Shown piece by piece: positions 41,587 through 51,261 of a stretch of DNA of 64,000 nucleotides. This DNA comes from Planctomycetota bacterium (GTDB taxonomy: Bacteria; Planctomycetota; B15-G4). A program made the translations under genes and the position numbers. Position 1 is the first letter of the stretch; each line of letters starts with the position of its first letter. The DNA is taken from the NCBI GenBank assembly GCA_038212275.1, contig JBBQUR010000009.1:96001-160000 (forward strand), written 5' to 3'. The notes under the pieces are model-generated. The model searched no databases. It saw only the letters and a program-made list of their open reading frames with translations, and had not been told where the DNA came from.

Positions 41587-43914
41587 TCACGGCGTGAGCG
41601 CCGAGAGCGCGTTGGTGGAGGCGAAGCCCTTCACGCCGGCCGGGTCCTGGACCCAGGCCTGGAAGAAGAACTGGAAGTTCGACGGCAGACCGACGGGCCA
41701 CGTGCCGTTGAGCGGCAGGCTTCCCGCGGGCGTGGTGGGCAGCGGGCCGATGAGCACGTTGACGTCCGGCACGAGGACGCCGCCCTTGAGATTGCCCGCC
41801 AGCACGCTGAACCCGGTGATCATCCACCAGTTGGCATTCTCCTTTGCGCTGCTGAGCGTGAGGTTCACGGGACTGCCGCCGGTGAGCGGGCCGCTGCCCG
41901 TGAGCACCGGGATGCCGTGCGTGCCGGCCAGTCCGTTGCCGAGGCTGGCAAAGGTGCCGGGCACGAGCGCGCGCAACTTTGCCAGGTCGCGCGAGTCGAG
42001 CACGCCGTTGCCGTCGGCGTCGGCCGTCTGGCGCCACGGCCAATTCGGCGAGATGAGGTCGACATCGGCCTTGCTGTTCATCGCGGTGACGAAGAGCGCG
42101 AGGTCGGCGGCGTCCGTGTCGAGGTCGCCGTCGAGGTCGCCGGTGGAGTCGAGCGCGGCGTGCGTCACGCTCTGGAATCCGGCCAGCGGCGGGCCCGCTG
42201 GCGTGACCACCTGCTGGCTGCCGTCGAACCAGCGGATCGCGAGCCAGTCGGCGCCGGTGGCGCTGCCCAGTCCGAAGTGCAGGCGGTAAGGCTCCTGGCC
42301 GAGGAAGCTGCTGCCGGCCTTGACCTCGCACATCTGCACGACGCCGGTCGTGCCGCCGGTGCGCAGAAAGACCCGCGTGCCGACGGTGTTGAGGCTGCCG
42401 CCCCTCTGCTTGAGGTCCAGCTGCAGCGAGGGCTTGCCGTTGTTGAGCGTGTTGAGGAAGAAGCCGGCCTTCAGGTTGGCGCCCATCGGCGGCATGACGT
42501 CCTGACTGCGCGTGTAGGCCACGTCGAGGTCGCCGTCGTTGTCGAAGTCGAAAGGCACCATCGAGCGTGCGGTGTCGAGCGTGCCGCCGACGCCGGAGTA
42601 CTGCGGGCAGAACGTATTGATGAGTTGCAGCTTCGTCGACTTGCCGTCGGAGGCGAGCTGCGGGAACAGATTGTTCCAGATGTAGTTGGGCGCCGTGGCG
42701 CTGCCGAGGCCGCGCGCGTTGATGAGCTCCTTGTCGCCATCGTTGTCGAGGTCCACGAAGGCGGCGCCCCAGCCGATGCCGGTCGTCACGTTGGTGTTGA
42801 TGCCCGTGACCGGGCCGATGTGCGTGAACTTCAGGCCCAATCCGCCGATCTTCAGGTCGCTGTCGTTGCGATAGAAGGCATCGACCTTGCTGGGAACGGC
42901 GGAGCCGAAGGTCGAGTTGGTGTGGTAGGTGTCGATGTCGCCGTCGTTGTCGTAGTCGGCGAAGGCGATGCCCATCTCGTTGCCCCAGAGCAGCGAGCCG
43001 GTCGCGTTGTAGTTCATGCCGACCGACGTGGCGATGTTCGGGCCGAAGGTGCCGTTGCCGTTGTTCAGGCGCAGTTCGTCCGCCGCGGTCTCCACGTTGA
43101 TGTGCAGATCAAGCTTTCCGTCGCGGTTGAAGTCGATGAAGCTTGGCATCCAGACCTCGCCGAAGGCGGCGCCGTCGAGGCCCGCTTCAATCGTCGCGTC
43201 CACCAGCAGACGCGGCGTGTAGTCGGGCTGGCCCATGTCCCGCGCCGGATTCGGCACGTTCTTCCAGAGTCGGAACTGGTCCCTGTCGTAGCCCAGCAGC
43301 AGGTTGTTCCTGTACCAGTAGGTGACGATGACATCGAGGAAGCCGTCGTTGTTGTAGTCGCCGACCGCCGCGCCGCCGGCCACGCCGATGACGGTGGTCT
43401 CGACGGTCGGCGCGAGCACGAAGCCGCCGCTGCTGGCCGTGATGTCGGTGAAGTGGTAGCTGCCCGCCGGGCCGTCATTCCGGTGCAGCGAGTACAGGTC
43501 GAGGTTGACCGTGAGCTCTCCCGGGTAGCCGCACGTGATCAGGTCGAGGTCGCCGTCGTTGTCGAAGTCGAAGAAGATCGAGTTGCCGCGGCGCTTGGAG
43601 GGTTCGTCGATTCCGAACAGCGCGGCCGACTCGGTGAACGTGCCGTTGCCGTTGTTGAGGTAGAACTCGTTGGCCTTGCCCTCCGTGCCGCAGATCAGCA
43701 TGTCCAGGAAGGTGTCGTTGTTCACGTCGGCGACGCTCACGCCGGCCGCCTCGGTCGTGATCGTTTCGACGGGCACGAACGTGAAGGCGACACCGGGATT
43801 CTGCGGGCCGGGCGCCGCATTGATCTCGACGAGGTCGAAGCCGACCTGGGCCAGCGCGAACGGGGCCGTCGCCAGGGTAATGAAGGTGGCACCGAGCACG
43901 TGGCGCTTCGACAT
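41587..43914 (-). CDS. CRTAC1-like FG-GAP/ASPIC-UnbV protein with a dockerin-like repeat and a 121-aa C-terminal domain
   Basis: Signal peptide, multiple DxDNDGDLD repeats, GSSFLGQ..LHFGLG..IRW (ASPIC/UnbV), GDLDGD...ADADGNG pair. Confidence 0.9.
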   Translation of the reverse strand: MSKRHVLGATFITLATAPFALAQVGFDLVEINAAPGPQNPGVAFTFVPVETITTEAAGVSVADVNNDTFLDMLICGTEGKANEFYLNNGNGTFTESAALFGIDEPSKRRGNSIFFDFDNDGDLDLITCGYPGELTVNLDLYSLHRNDGPAGSYHFTDITASSGGFVLAPTVETTVIGVAGGAAVGDYNNDGFLDVIVTYWYRNNLLLGYDRDQFRLWKNVPNPARDMGQPDYTPRLLVDATIEAGLDGAAFGEVWMPSFIDFNRDGKLDLHINVETAADELRLNNGNGTFGPNIATSVGMNYNATGSLLWGNEMGIAFADYDNDGDIDTYHTNSTFGSAVPSKVDAFYRNDSDLKIGGLGLKFTHIGPVTGINTNVTTGIGWGAAFVDLDNDGDKELINARGLGSATAPNYIWNNLFPQLASDGKSTKLQLINTFCPQYSGVGGTLDTARSMVPFDFDNDGDLDVAYTRSQDVMPPMGANLKAGFFLNTLNNGKPSLQLDLKQRGGSLNTVGTRVFLRTGGTTGVVQMCEVKAGSSFLGQEPYRLHFGLGSATGADWLAIRWFDGSQQVVTPAGPPLAGFQSVTHAALDSTGDLDGDLDTDAADLALFVTAMNSKADVDLISPNWPWRQTADADGNGVLDSRDLAKLRALVPGTFASLGNGLAGTHGIPVLTGSGPLTGGSPVNLTLSSAKENANWWMITGFSVLAGNLKGGVLVPDVNVLIGPLPTTPAGSLPLNGTWPVGLPSNFQFFFQAWVQDPAGVKGFASTNALSALTP

Positions 43915-44136
43915 GAGAGTGAGTCCGAGGGCGGTTGTGAAAGTCGGAGGAGAAGATCCGTGCCTCGGAAGCAGAACGATCGGGTGGACACCGGCAGCAT
44001 CCCGGCCCGAAGCATTCCGATGACTTGGCTACCAACTCTTTCCGAAGACTGCCGACAGCTTGATGCCCTTCGCCGAAGCTGTCAAGCGAGGCAGGAAGGC
44101 CGCGGGGGGTCGCGGCATCCGCGCGAAGAGAGTTGC

Positions 44137-46020
44137 TCAGCCCGGCTTGCCCAATGTCGCGGCGGTCACTACGGAAGGGGGCCGGTCGGCCTGCGTGGAG
44201 GGCACCAGGAAGGGGCCGATCGCGAGTGCGTCCAGCCGCCCCAGCCGGAAGGCGCGGAGGGCGTCCGCCGGCGAGCACACGATCGGCTCCTCGTGCATGT
44301 TGAAACTGGTGTTGATCAGGGTGGGGATGCCGGAGAGCTTCTCGTACTCGGCGAGAATCGCGTGGAAGCCGGGATTCACGTCGCGGCGCAGGAGCTGTGG
44401 CCGCGCGGTGCCGTCCACGTGCACGGCGGCCGGACAGTGCTCGGACATCCACGGCGTGCAGTCCGCCGTGATGGTCATGAACTCCGCGGCGTGGCGCATG
44501 CCGCCGAGGTCGCGGTAGCAGCGGTCGGCAGACTCCGCGAGCGTCACCGGCGCGAAGGGCATGAACTCGGTGCGTCCCAGCCGCTGGTTGAGCCACTGAT
44601 TCACCTCGGGCTGCCGCGCGTGGTAGAGCACCGAGCGGTTGCCGAGCGCGCGAGGCCCGTACTCCATGCGCCCGTCAAAGCGCGCAACGACCTCGCCTGC
44701 GTGAATGCGCCGCGCGACCTCGGCCGCCAGGTCCGCCGGCCGGCTGTACGGAACCTGCGCCTGCTGCAGCGCGGCGAGGATCTGCTCTTCGCTGAACTCC
44801 GGCCCGAGATAGACGTCGTGGAGGGGCGTGCCGACGTCGTGCAGAGGGCCCGCGGCGGCCCGTGAGTCGTGCAGCGCGAGGCCCGTGCCGCAACCGCCAT
44901 CGCCCATGTTGGGATAGATGAAGATGCTCTCCACGCCTTCGATCGCGTGCAGCCGCTGATTGAGCTTCACGTTCGCGGTCACGCCACCGGACAGCACGAG
45001 GTGCCCGCAGCCCGTCGCCGCGACCCAATGCCGCACCCAGTTCACTGCGACGACCTCGAGCACGTGCTGCCACGCCGCCGCGAGGTCGATCATCGCGTAG
45101 CGCGAAGCCAGGTGCCGCGAGAAGAAGATGTTGAGGTTCTGCGCGATGCGGAAGCTCTCTCCGGACTGCCGGATGCGCGCCAGCAGCAGTTCCGAGAGCA
45201 CGGCCGGGTCGCCGTATGCCGCGAGCCCCACGATCTTGCCCGCGTGGCGGTCCGGCTGGAAGCCGAGCGAGGACGTGACGGCCTCGTAGAAGGTCCCGAG
45301 CGAATGCGGAAAGGGCAGGCCGTGCAGGCGCGTGATCTGCCCGCCGTCGCCCAGCGAGATCGAGCCCGCCAGGCCGCTGCCGTAGCCATCGATGGTGACG
45401 ATGAGGGCGCGCGGCTGCCCGCTGGTGTAGTAGGCGTTGCAGGCGTGGGAGAAGTGGTGCTCGTGACGCCTGAGCTTGCCCGCCAGGCCCATCCGCTGCA
45501 GCCCCTGCTCCAGCTCGTTCTGCCAGTGCCGATGCCCCGCCACGGCGAGCTCGGCCCAGCGCTCGCTCATGCGTCGCGTCACCGCTTCGGAGAGAGCGGG
45601 CGTGACGCCGACCAGCCTGTAGAAGAGGCGCTTGGCCAGTCCCTTCGCCATGCGCTGCTCCGGCGTGGACAGCCCGGGCGGCGTTGCGCCGCGGGCTGGC
45701 ACGCGCGCGTCGGCGGCGGCGAGCAGGGCCGACAGGTCCGGCGTGACGAAGTCGGCCTGCTCGCGCCGCTCCGCGTCGAAGGCCGCGGCGATGAGTTCCG
45801 CCTCGCGCTCCGCATTGAAGAACGGGTACGAGACGACGTCCACCTGTTCGGGCGTCACGCCGGCGAAAGCGAACGCGGCCTCGATCGACTGTCGCGGAAA
45901 GCCGGCGTGCTGCTTGCGGCGCGAAAAGCGCTCCTCGCCCGCCGCGAACACGATGCGTCCGTCCTCGACGAGCGAGGCCGTGGCGTCCTTGTCGAGCGGC
46001 GAGATCCCGAGGACTCGCAT
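44137..46020 (-). CDS. O-carbamoyltransferase (NodU/CmcH family)
   Basis: EERFSRRK, EHHFSHA, DGYG, GGVTANVKLN, GRMEYGPRALGNRS, MPFAP, HVDGTARPQ and NTSFN motifs. Confidence 0.95.
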   Translation of the reverse strand: MRVLGISPLDKDATASLVEDGRIVFAAGEERFSRRKQHAGFPRQSIEAAFAFAGVTPEQVDVVSYPFFNAEREAELIAAAFDAERREQADFVTPDLSALLAAADARVPARGATPPGLSTPEQRMAKGLAKRLFYRLVGVTPALSEAVTRRMSERWAELAVAGHRHWQNELEQGLQRMGLAGKLRRHEHHFSHACNAYYTSGQPRALIVTIDGYGSGLAGSISLGDGGQITRLHGLPFPHSLGTFYEAVTSSLGFQPDRHAGKIVGLAAYGDPAVLSELLLARIRQSGESFRIAQNLNIFFSRHLASRYAMIDLAAAWQHVLEVVAVNWVRHWVAATGCGHLVLSGGVTANVKLNQRLHAIEGVESIFIYPNMGDGGCGTGLALHDSRAAAGPLHDVGTPLHDVYLGPEFSEEQILAALQQAQVPYSRPADLAAEVARRIHAGEVVARFDGRMEYGPRALGNRSVLYHARQPEVNQWLNQRLGRTEFMPFAPVTLAESADRCYRDLGGMRHAAEFMTITADCTPWMSEHCPAAVHVDGTARPQLLRRDVNPGFHAILAEYEKLSGIPTLINTSFNMHEEPIVCSPADALRAFRLGRLDALAIGPFLVPSTQADRPPSVVTAATLGKPG

Positions 46021-46024
46021 CGCG

Positions 46025-47008
46025 TCAGGTCGCGGTCTCGGACAGGCGCGTGCGCAGCTCGAGCGGCGTCAGGGAGAGCCCGCCGAGGTCGCCGAAGAAG
46101 AAGTCGAAGCAGCGCCGGAAGCGATCGAGGAACTCCGCCAGCTCGGTCTCGGTGCGCACGTACGGCGTGCAGCCCGGCTTGAGCGACGGCGAGTGGAAGC
46201 TGAACACGAAGGTGCGCTGGCCGCGTGCGAGCAACTCGTGCAGCAGTCGCCGATGATCGCCGGTGTCGAAACCCTCGGGCGACAGCCGCAGCCGGTCGAG
46301 CAGGCCGGTCCGCGAGAGCAGGCCCGGCAGCCGCGCCCAGGCCAGCGACGGCCGATTGGCCCAGGTGTGCAGCCCGTGCGCCGCCCCGGACAGCAGCCCC
46401 GTGTACGCACCGGTCAGCGGGATGCCGAGCATGCGGCGCTTGTCACCGAACCAGTAGGGCTCCGTGCTGGAGGCGCTGTAGTCGGGTCCGCCCTCGTTGC
46501 GGTAGTCGAAGGGCGGGCAGACGGAGAAGTCCACGTCGAAGCCGAGCGACTCGAGCAGCTCGTGCGTGTGGGGGCCGAGGCCGTAGCGGCCGGCCTGGTA
46601 GACGGCGGGGCGCACGCCGATGCCCGCCTCGATGGCCTCCACGGTCGCGCGCAGCTTGGCGGCTTCCAGCTCGCGGGGCAGGTTGCCGGGGAAGGAGTTG
46701 CGCAGGCAGAGTTCCTCGTCGTACGGCGGCGTGACCCAGGGGTGCAGGTGTGCGCCGATGACCGCGCGGCCCGAGGTCGCGAGCTCGCGCAGCATCTCGT
46801 TGCCCTGTCGCTGGCTGGCCACGGGATAGTCGACGACGTAGGTCGGCGTGATGCCGTATTCGTCGAAGATCGCCTGCGCGCGCCCGACGTGCGCCATCGC
46901 GGTGACGCCGGCGTTCTCGCGGCGGAAGCCGGCGTCCCAGTCGAACTCCTCCTCGGTGTCGATGAGCACGAGCAGCACCGGGCGATTCGCTGGCGAGATC
47001 GTGGCCAT
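46025..47008 (-). CDS. Polysaccharide deacetylase family protein (WalW-like)
   Basis: IDTEEEFDW, IGAHLHPWVTPP, AGRYG and FSFHSPSL.PG.TPYV motifs. Confidence 0.88.
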   Translation of the reverse strand: MATISPANRPVLLVLIDTEEEFDWDAGFRRENAGVTAMAHVGRAQAIFDEYGITPTYVVDYPVASQRQGNEMLRELATSGRAVIGAHLHPWVTPPYDEELCLRNSFPGNLPRELEAAKLRATVEAIEAGIGVRPAVYQAGRYGLGPHTHELLESLGFDVDFSVCPPFDYRNEGGPDYSASSTEPYWFGDKRRMLGIPLTGAYTGLLSGAAHGLHTWANRPSLAWARLPGLLSRTGLLDRLRLSPEGFDTGDHRRLLHELLARGQRTFVFSFHSPSLKPGCTPYVRTETELAEFLDRFRRCFDFFFGDLGGLSLTPLELRTRLSETAT

Positions 47009-47016
47009 GCTGCTGC

Positions 47017-48360
47017 TCAGCCCCGGTCGGCTTCGGTGATCTGCACCATGCGCTGCAGGGCGGCGCGCGCGTGCGTGGCGACCGCCGCGCGCTCGTCGTC
47101 GTCGAGTCTCTCGCGGAAGCCGGAGCTTTCGTCGACGCAGTCGCCGACGAGCACGCGGTTGATGTCGGGGAGCCGGCCCCTGGCAAGCAGGTCCACGGTG
47201 GCCACGAGGTGCGGCGGGTCGTTGCGCGACATCGTGGCGCAGCCGCAGCCGGTGGAATGAAAGGAAGGATCGGGGATGTCCGCGACGTGGACGACTTCCA
47301 CGCCGCGCAGTCGGCCCTGCTCACGGGCGTTGCTCGTGAAATGAGCTTCGGTGGCGATGGCGATCCTGTCGCCGCGAGGCGCGGTCATCACCGCATTCCA
47401 GAGGAATTTCGTGCTGCCGGCGCCGTCCGCGGCCTGCACGAAGGGCAGCGGGCACTCCGGATGGGCCAGCACGCGGAAACCGCGGCCGTGCCAGTAATCC
47501 ACCATCGACGGCTTGAAGACCGTGTGCACGCCGCAGGAACTGCCCCAGAGCACGACGCGCGCCGCATCGAGACGCGCCAGCTCATCGGGCTTCAGTCCCG
47601 ACACCTTCTTCAGCATGCCCTCGGTGCCGGCGGGCCACAGGTATTGCTGCTCCGGCGGAATGCCCGCCTGCCAGCAGGCCACCTCGCCGAGGTGCCGGTC
47701 CGGCACCCAGAGCACCTTGCGGCCCTGCGCCAGCGCCCACTGCAGGACAAGCTTCGCATTGCTGCTCGTGCAGACGGCGCCGCCGGTCTGCCCGGCCAGC
47801 GCCTTCACGCGGCCGCTCGTGTTCATGTACGCGACGACGAGGAAGCGATCGCCGTAGCGCTCCTGCAGCTGCTCGAAGAATGGCGCGACGTGGAACTCCT
47901 TGGCGAACATCTCCATCGTGCAGCCGGCGCGCGGATTGGTGATGAACACCTGCTGGTGGGGGTGCGCCAGCGTGGCGATGGACTCCGCCATGAAGTGCAC
48001 GGCGGACTCCACGATGAACTCCGCGCGCGGGTTGGCAGCCGCCTGCAGCGCGAGTTCGTAGCTGTCCGCGACGCGCCCGCCGTAGTGCTCGACCAGCTTC
48101 ACGATCTCGCCGCCCATGTAGTAGTGCGCGAGCAGCAGCAGCTTGTCGCCGAAGTGCGCGAGCGCCGGCTTCAGGTAGTTGTCCATCCACGGCAGCACGA
48201 TCTCGGGCGTGCGGCCCGGCAGGGCGAGGTACTCCTCCGCGTAGGGCCGGAACTCCTGCTGATAGCGATCGAGCGGCAGGTCCTGCTGGCAGATCGGCAT
48301 CCCCGGCACGATGGCCAGGCCGCTGAGCTGGATGGATCGGTCGAGGGTGCGAAGGGCCAA
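47017..48360 (-). CDS. nadA: Quinolinate synthase A
   Basis: LLAHYY, ADSYEL, VHFMAES, AGCTM, YMNTS, VCTSSNA, PDRHLG, AHPEC, GST; start TTG 48360 or ATG 48300. Confidence 0.93.
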   Translation of the reverse strand: MALRTLDRSIQLSGLAIVPGMPICQQDLPLDRYQQEFRPYAEEYLALPGRTPEIVLPWMDNYLKPALAHFGDKLLLLAHYYMGGEIVKLVEHYGGRVADSYELALQAAANPRAEFIVESAVHFMAESIATLAHPHQQVFITNPRAGCTMEMFAKEFHVAPFFEQLQERYGDRFLVVAYMNTSGRVKALAGQTGGAVCTSSNAKLVLQWALAQGRKVLWVPDRHLGEVACWQAGIPPEQQYLWPAGTEGMLKKVSGLKPDELARLDAARVVLWGSSCGVHTVFKPSMVDYWHGRGFRVLAHPECPLPFVQAADGAGSTKFLWNAVMTAPRGDRIAIATEAHFTSNAREQGRLRGVEVVHVADIPDPSFHSTGCGCATMSRNDPPHLVATVDLLARGRLPDINRVLVGDCVDESSGFRERLDDDERAAVATHARAALQRMVQITEADRG

Positions 48361-48553
48361 GACTTCTTTCCGGGAAGCGGGGCCCGCCGTCCGCGCGGCC
48401 GAGCGAACGGCCGTGCGCGGGGCGAGCGTCCCGTTGTATCGGTCGGGACGAGGTGAAGATAGAGCCCGGCGCGACCGTCCGCCCGTCGCGATGCGGGGCT
48501 TCGTGCTGCCGCCTGTCGCACCGGCATGCGGCGCGCGACGCGGCTCGCTGCGC

Positions 48554-49282
48554 TCAGGGGCGGAGTTGCGCGGCGGCGGGGCGGTCCAGCACCCAGTGCG
48601 CGTGCCGCACCAGTTGTGCCGGCGTGGCCTGCACGTCCGGTGTGCCCTGCAGAGCGCTCCGGACCGCGGCTGCCTTCGACGCGCCCGAGGCGAGCACCAC
48701 CACGTGCCGTGCCGCGGCCAGTGCCGGCGGCGTGAGCGAGATCCGCAGGTGCGGCTCGACGGGTGCGTGCGTGACGAGGACGGCCCGCTCGCGTTCCTGC
48801 AGCGCGGGCGATCCGGGAAACAGCGAGGCGGTGTGGCCGTCGGCGCCGATGCCGAGCAGCAGCACATCGAGCGTCGCGGGCAGCGCGGCGGCGTAGCGGA
48901 CGGCGGCGCGCTCCGCGGCAGCCTCCGGCGGTTCGGTCGGGTCCCAGGCATCGACCATGCGGTGCAGGCGTGCGGCTGGCAGCGCGCCGCCGTTCACGAG
49001 CGTGTCGCGGAGCATGCGGCCATTGCTGCCCGCGTCGTCCGGTGACACGACGCGCTCGTCGCCGAGGAAGACGTCCCAGCCGGCCAGCGAGGCGCGGCCC
49101 TCGCGCACGGCGAGCGCGAGGAGTTCATAACAGCGTCGCGGCGTGCTGCCGCCGGCAAGCGCCACGCCAAGGCTCGGCCTGTCGCACAGTTCCTTCTCCG
49201 CGAGACGCAGCAGCAGGTCCGCGACCACCTGCGCGGCTGCCTCGGCATCCTCCACGACGGTGAGTCGCTCGTCGTGACTCAC
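48554..49282 (-). CDS. pgl: 6-phosphogluconolactonase
   Basis: ALAGGSTP, FLGDERVV, LLGIGADGHTASLFP, RISLT and GASKA motifs. Confidence 0.95.
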   Translation of the reverse strand: MSHDERLTVVEDAEAAAQVVADLLLRLAEKELCDRPSLGVALAGGSTPRRCYELLALAVREGRASLAGWDVFLGDERVVSPDDAGSNGRMLRDTLVNGGALPAARLHRMVDAWDPTEPPEAAAERAAVRYAAALPATLDVLLLGIGADGHTASLFPGSPALQERERAVLVTHAPVEPHLRISLTPPALAAARHVVVLASGASKAAAVRSALQGTPDVQATPAQLVRHAHWVLDRPAAAQLRP

Positions 49283-51021
49283 GACATCGGCCGCGCGCGG
49301 ATCGGCGTCCAGCGACGGTGATCGGCGAGCAGCAGCTCGTCGGCGGCGGCCGGGCCCTGACTGCCCTGCGCGTATTCGTGCAGCGGCAACGGATCGCCCT
49401 CGGGGCGCTCCCACGCCGCCAGCAGCGGGTCCACGAAGCGCCAGCAGTGTTCGACCTCGTCGCGTCGCGTGAAGAGGGTCGCGTCGCCGCGCAGCGCGTC
49501 GAGCAGCAGGCGCTGGTAGCTGTCCTGGCTGGCCTGGCCGAAGGCGCGCCGGTAGGAGAAGTCCATGTCCACGGTGGCGACGTCCAGGTCGTCGCCCGGA
49601 CGCTTGCCGGCGAAGCGCAGCGAGATGCCCTCGTCTGGCTGGATGCGCAGCGTGAGCACGTTGGGCTCTACATGCTGGCAGGTCTCGTCCGAGCCGAACA
49701 GGCACAGCGGAATGGGTTGGAAGTGAATGACGACCTCCGTGGCATGCGCCGCGAGCCGCTTGCCGCTGCGCAGGAAGAAGGGCACGCCCTGCCAGCGCCA
49801 GTTCTCGACGAGCACGCGCAGCGCCGCGTAGGTCGGGGCGCGCGAGTCGCGTGGCACGTCGGGCTCGTCGCGGAAGCCCGCGTACTGCGCGAAGACGGCA
49901 TGCTCGCCGACCTCGTGGGGGAGAATCGGCCGCAGTGAGCGGAAGAGCTGCACGCGCGCGTCGCGCACGTCGTCGGCCTTGAAGGTGATGGGCAGCTCCA
50001 TCGCCACCAGCGCGAGCACCTGCATCAGGTGGTTCTGCAGCATGTCGCGCACGACGCCGACCTTGTCGTAGAAGCGGCCGCGGCCCTCCATGCCCAGCGG
50101 TTCGGCGGCCGTGATCTCCACGTGGCTGATGTGCTTGCGGTTCCACAGCGGCTCGAACATCGAGTTGCCGAAGCGGAACACGAGGATGTTCTGCACGGTC
50201 TCCTTGCCGAGGAAGTGGTCGATGCGGAAGGTCTGCCGTTCGTCGAGCACATGCCCGACCAGCGCGTTGAGCTCCTGCGCGCTCCGGCAGTCGTGGCCGA
50301 AGGGCTTCTCGATGACGACGCGCGTCCAGGGCCGACTGTCCACGGCCGTGAGCAGGCCGTTCTCGTGCAGCCCGCGCAGGATCTGCGGATAGGCAGCGGG
50401 CGGCGTGGCCAGATAGAAGAGGCGATTGCCGCCGGTGCCCGCGCCGGCATCGAGGGTCGCCAGGCGTTCTTTCAGCGCGCGATAGCCGGCGCTGTCGTCG
50501 AAGTCGCCGCGCACGTGATGCACCGAGGCCGCGAAGCGCGACCATGCTGCGCCATCGGGCGCGCCGTGTGCCGGCCGGCGCGCCGCGATCGCGGCGGCCA
50601 GGCTCGCGCGCAGCGCCTCGTCGCTGTCGGGGCGCCGGCTGTAGCCGACGATGGCGAAGTGTTCGGGCAGGAGCCCCTGCTGTGAGAGTCGCAGCAGGGC
50701 CGGCGCCAGCTTGCGGTGCGTGAGGTCGCCCGAGGCGCCGAAGATCACGAGCACGCAGGGCGCGAGGAGGCGCGCGGACGGCCCGCTCGGCGAGGCGCCG
50801 TTGGCGGCAGCGCCCGCGGCATCGCCCGCGGACGGGCCCGTGCCTTCGGCCGAGGCGGCGTCGGCAGCGATGCCCGGAGCGGTGGCAGCGTGCGCGGAGC
50901 CCGCAATGCCAGCGATTCCGGCCTGGCCTGCGGGCTCGGCGGGGGACGCCGTCGAGGTCGGGGCGGCCGCCACGGGAGCGCAGGTGGCTTCGACTCGAAT
51001 CGTCTCGGGTTGCTGTGTCAT
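49279..51021 (-). CDS. zwf: Glucose-6-phosphate 1-dehydrogenase with an Ala-rich N-terminal extension
   Basis: IFGASGDL, VIEKPFGHD, RIDHFLGKE, RDMLQNHL and RWQGVPFFLRSGK motifs. Confidence 0.96.
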   Translation of the reverse strand: MTQQPETIRVEATCAPVAAAPTSTASPAEPAGQAGIAGIAGSAHAATAPGIAADAASAEGTGPSAGDAAGAAANGASPSGPSARLLAPCVLVIFGASGDLTHRKLAPALLRLSQQGLLPEHFAIVGYSRRPDSDEALRASLAAAIAARRPAHGAPDGAAWSRFAASVHHVRGDFDDSAGYRALKERLATLDAGAGTGGNRLFYLATPPAAYPQILRGLHENGLLTAVDSRPWTRVVIEKPFGHDCRSAQELNALVGHVLDERQTFRIDHFLGKETVQNILVFRFGNSMFEPLWNRKHISHVEITAAEPLGMEGRGRFYDKVGVVRDMLQNHLMQVLALVAMELPITFKADDVRDARVQLFRSLRPILPHEVGEHAVFAQYAGFRDEPDVPRDSRAPTYAALRVLVENWRWQGVPFFLRSGKRLAAHATEVVIHFQPIPLCLFGSDETCQHVEPNVLTLRIQPDEGISLRFAGKRPGDDLDVATVDMDFSYRRAFGQASQDSYQRLLLDALRGDATLFTRRDEVEHCWRFVDPLLAAWERPEGDPLPLHEYAQGSQGPAAADELLLADHRRWTPIRARPMS

Positions 51022-51261
51022 GTCGTTCTGGTCTCCGGAGCGGGCGCGGCGCGACTTCGCCACCGCATCGCCGCGCTGTCGCGCCGCAAGCATAGCCACG
51101 CTCCGGCACCGCGCCGCGACGCGCCGCACGGGAGCGCGATGCGTGGCCCGGATGCTAGGCTTCCGCGCCTCGTCGCGCCGGCATGGCGCGGCTCCCGGGC
51201 CGGCGCCCATCGCGTCGGCCGCGAGGTCCACAGGTCCCGCCTCCGGAGGCTGCTGCCACAC

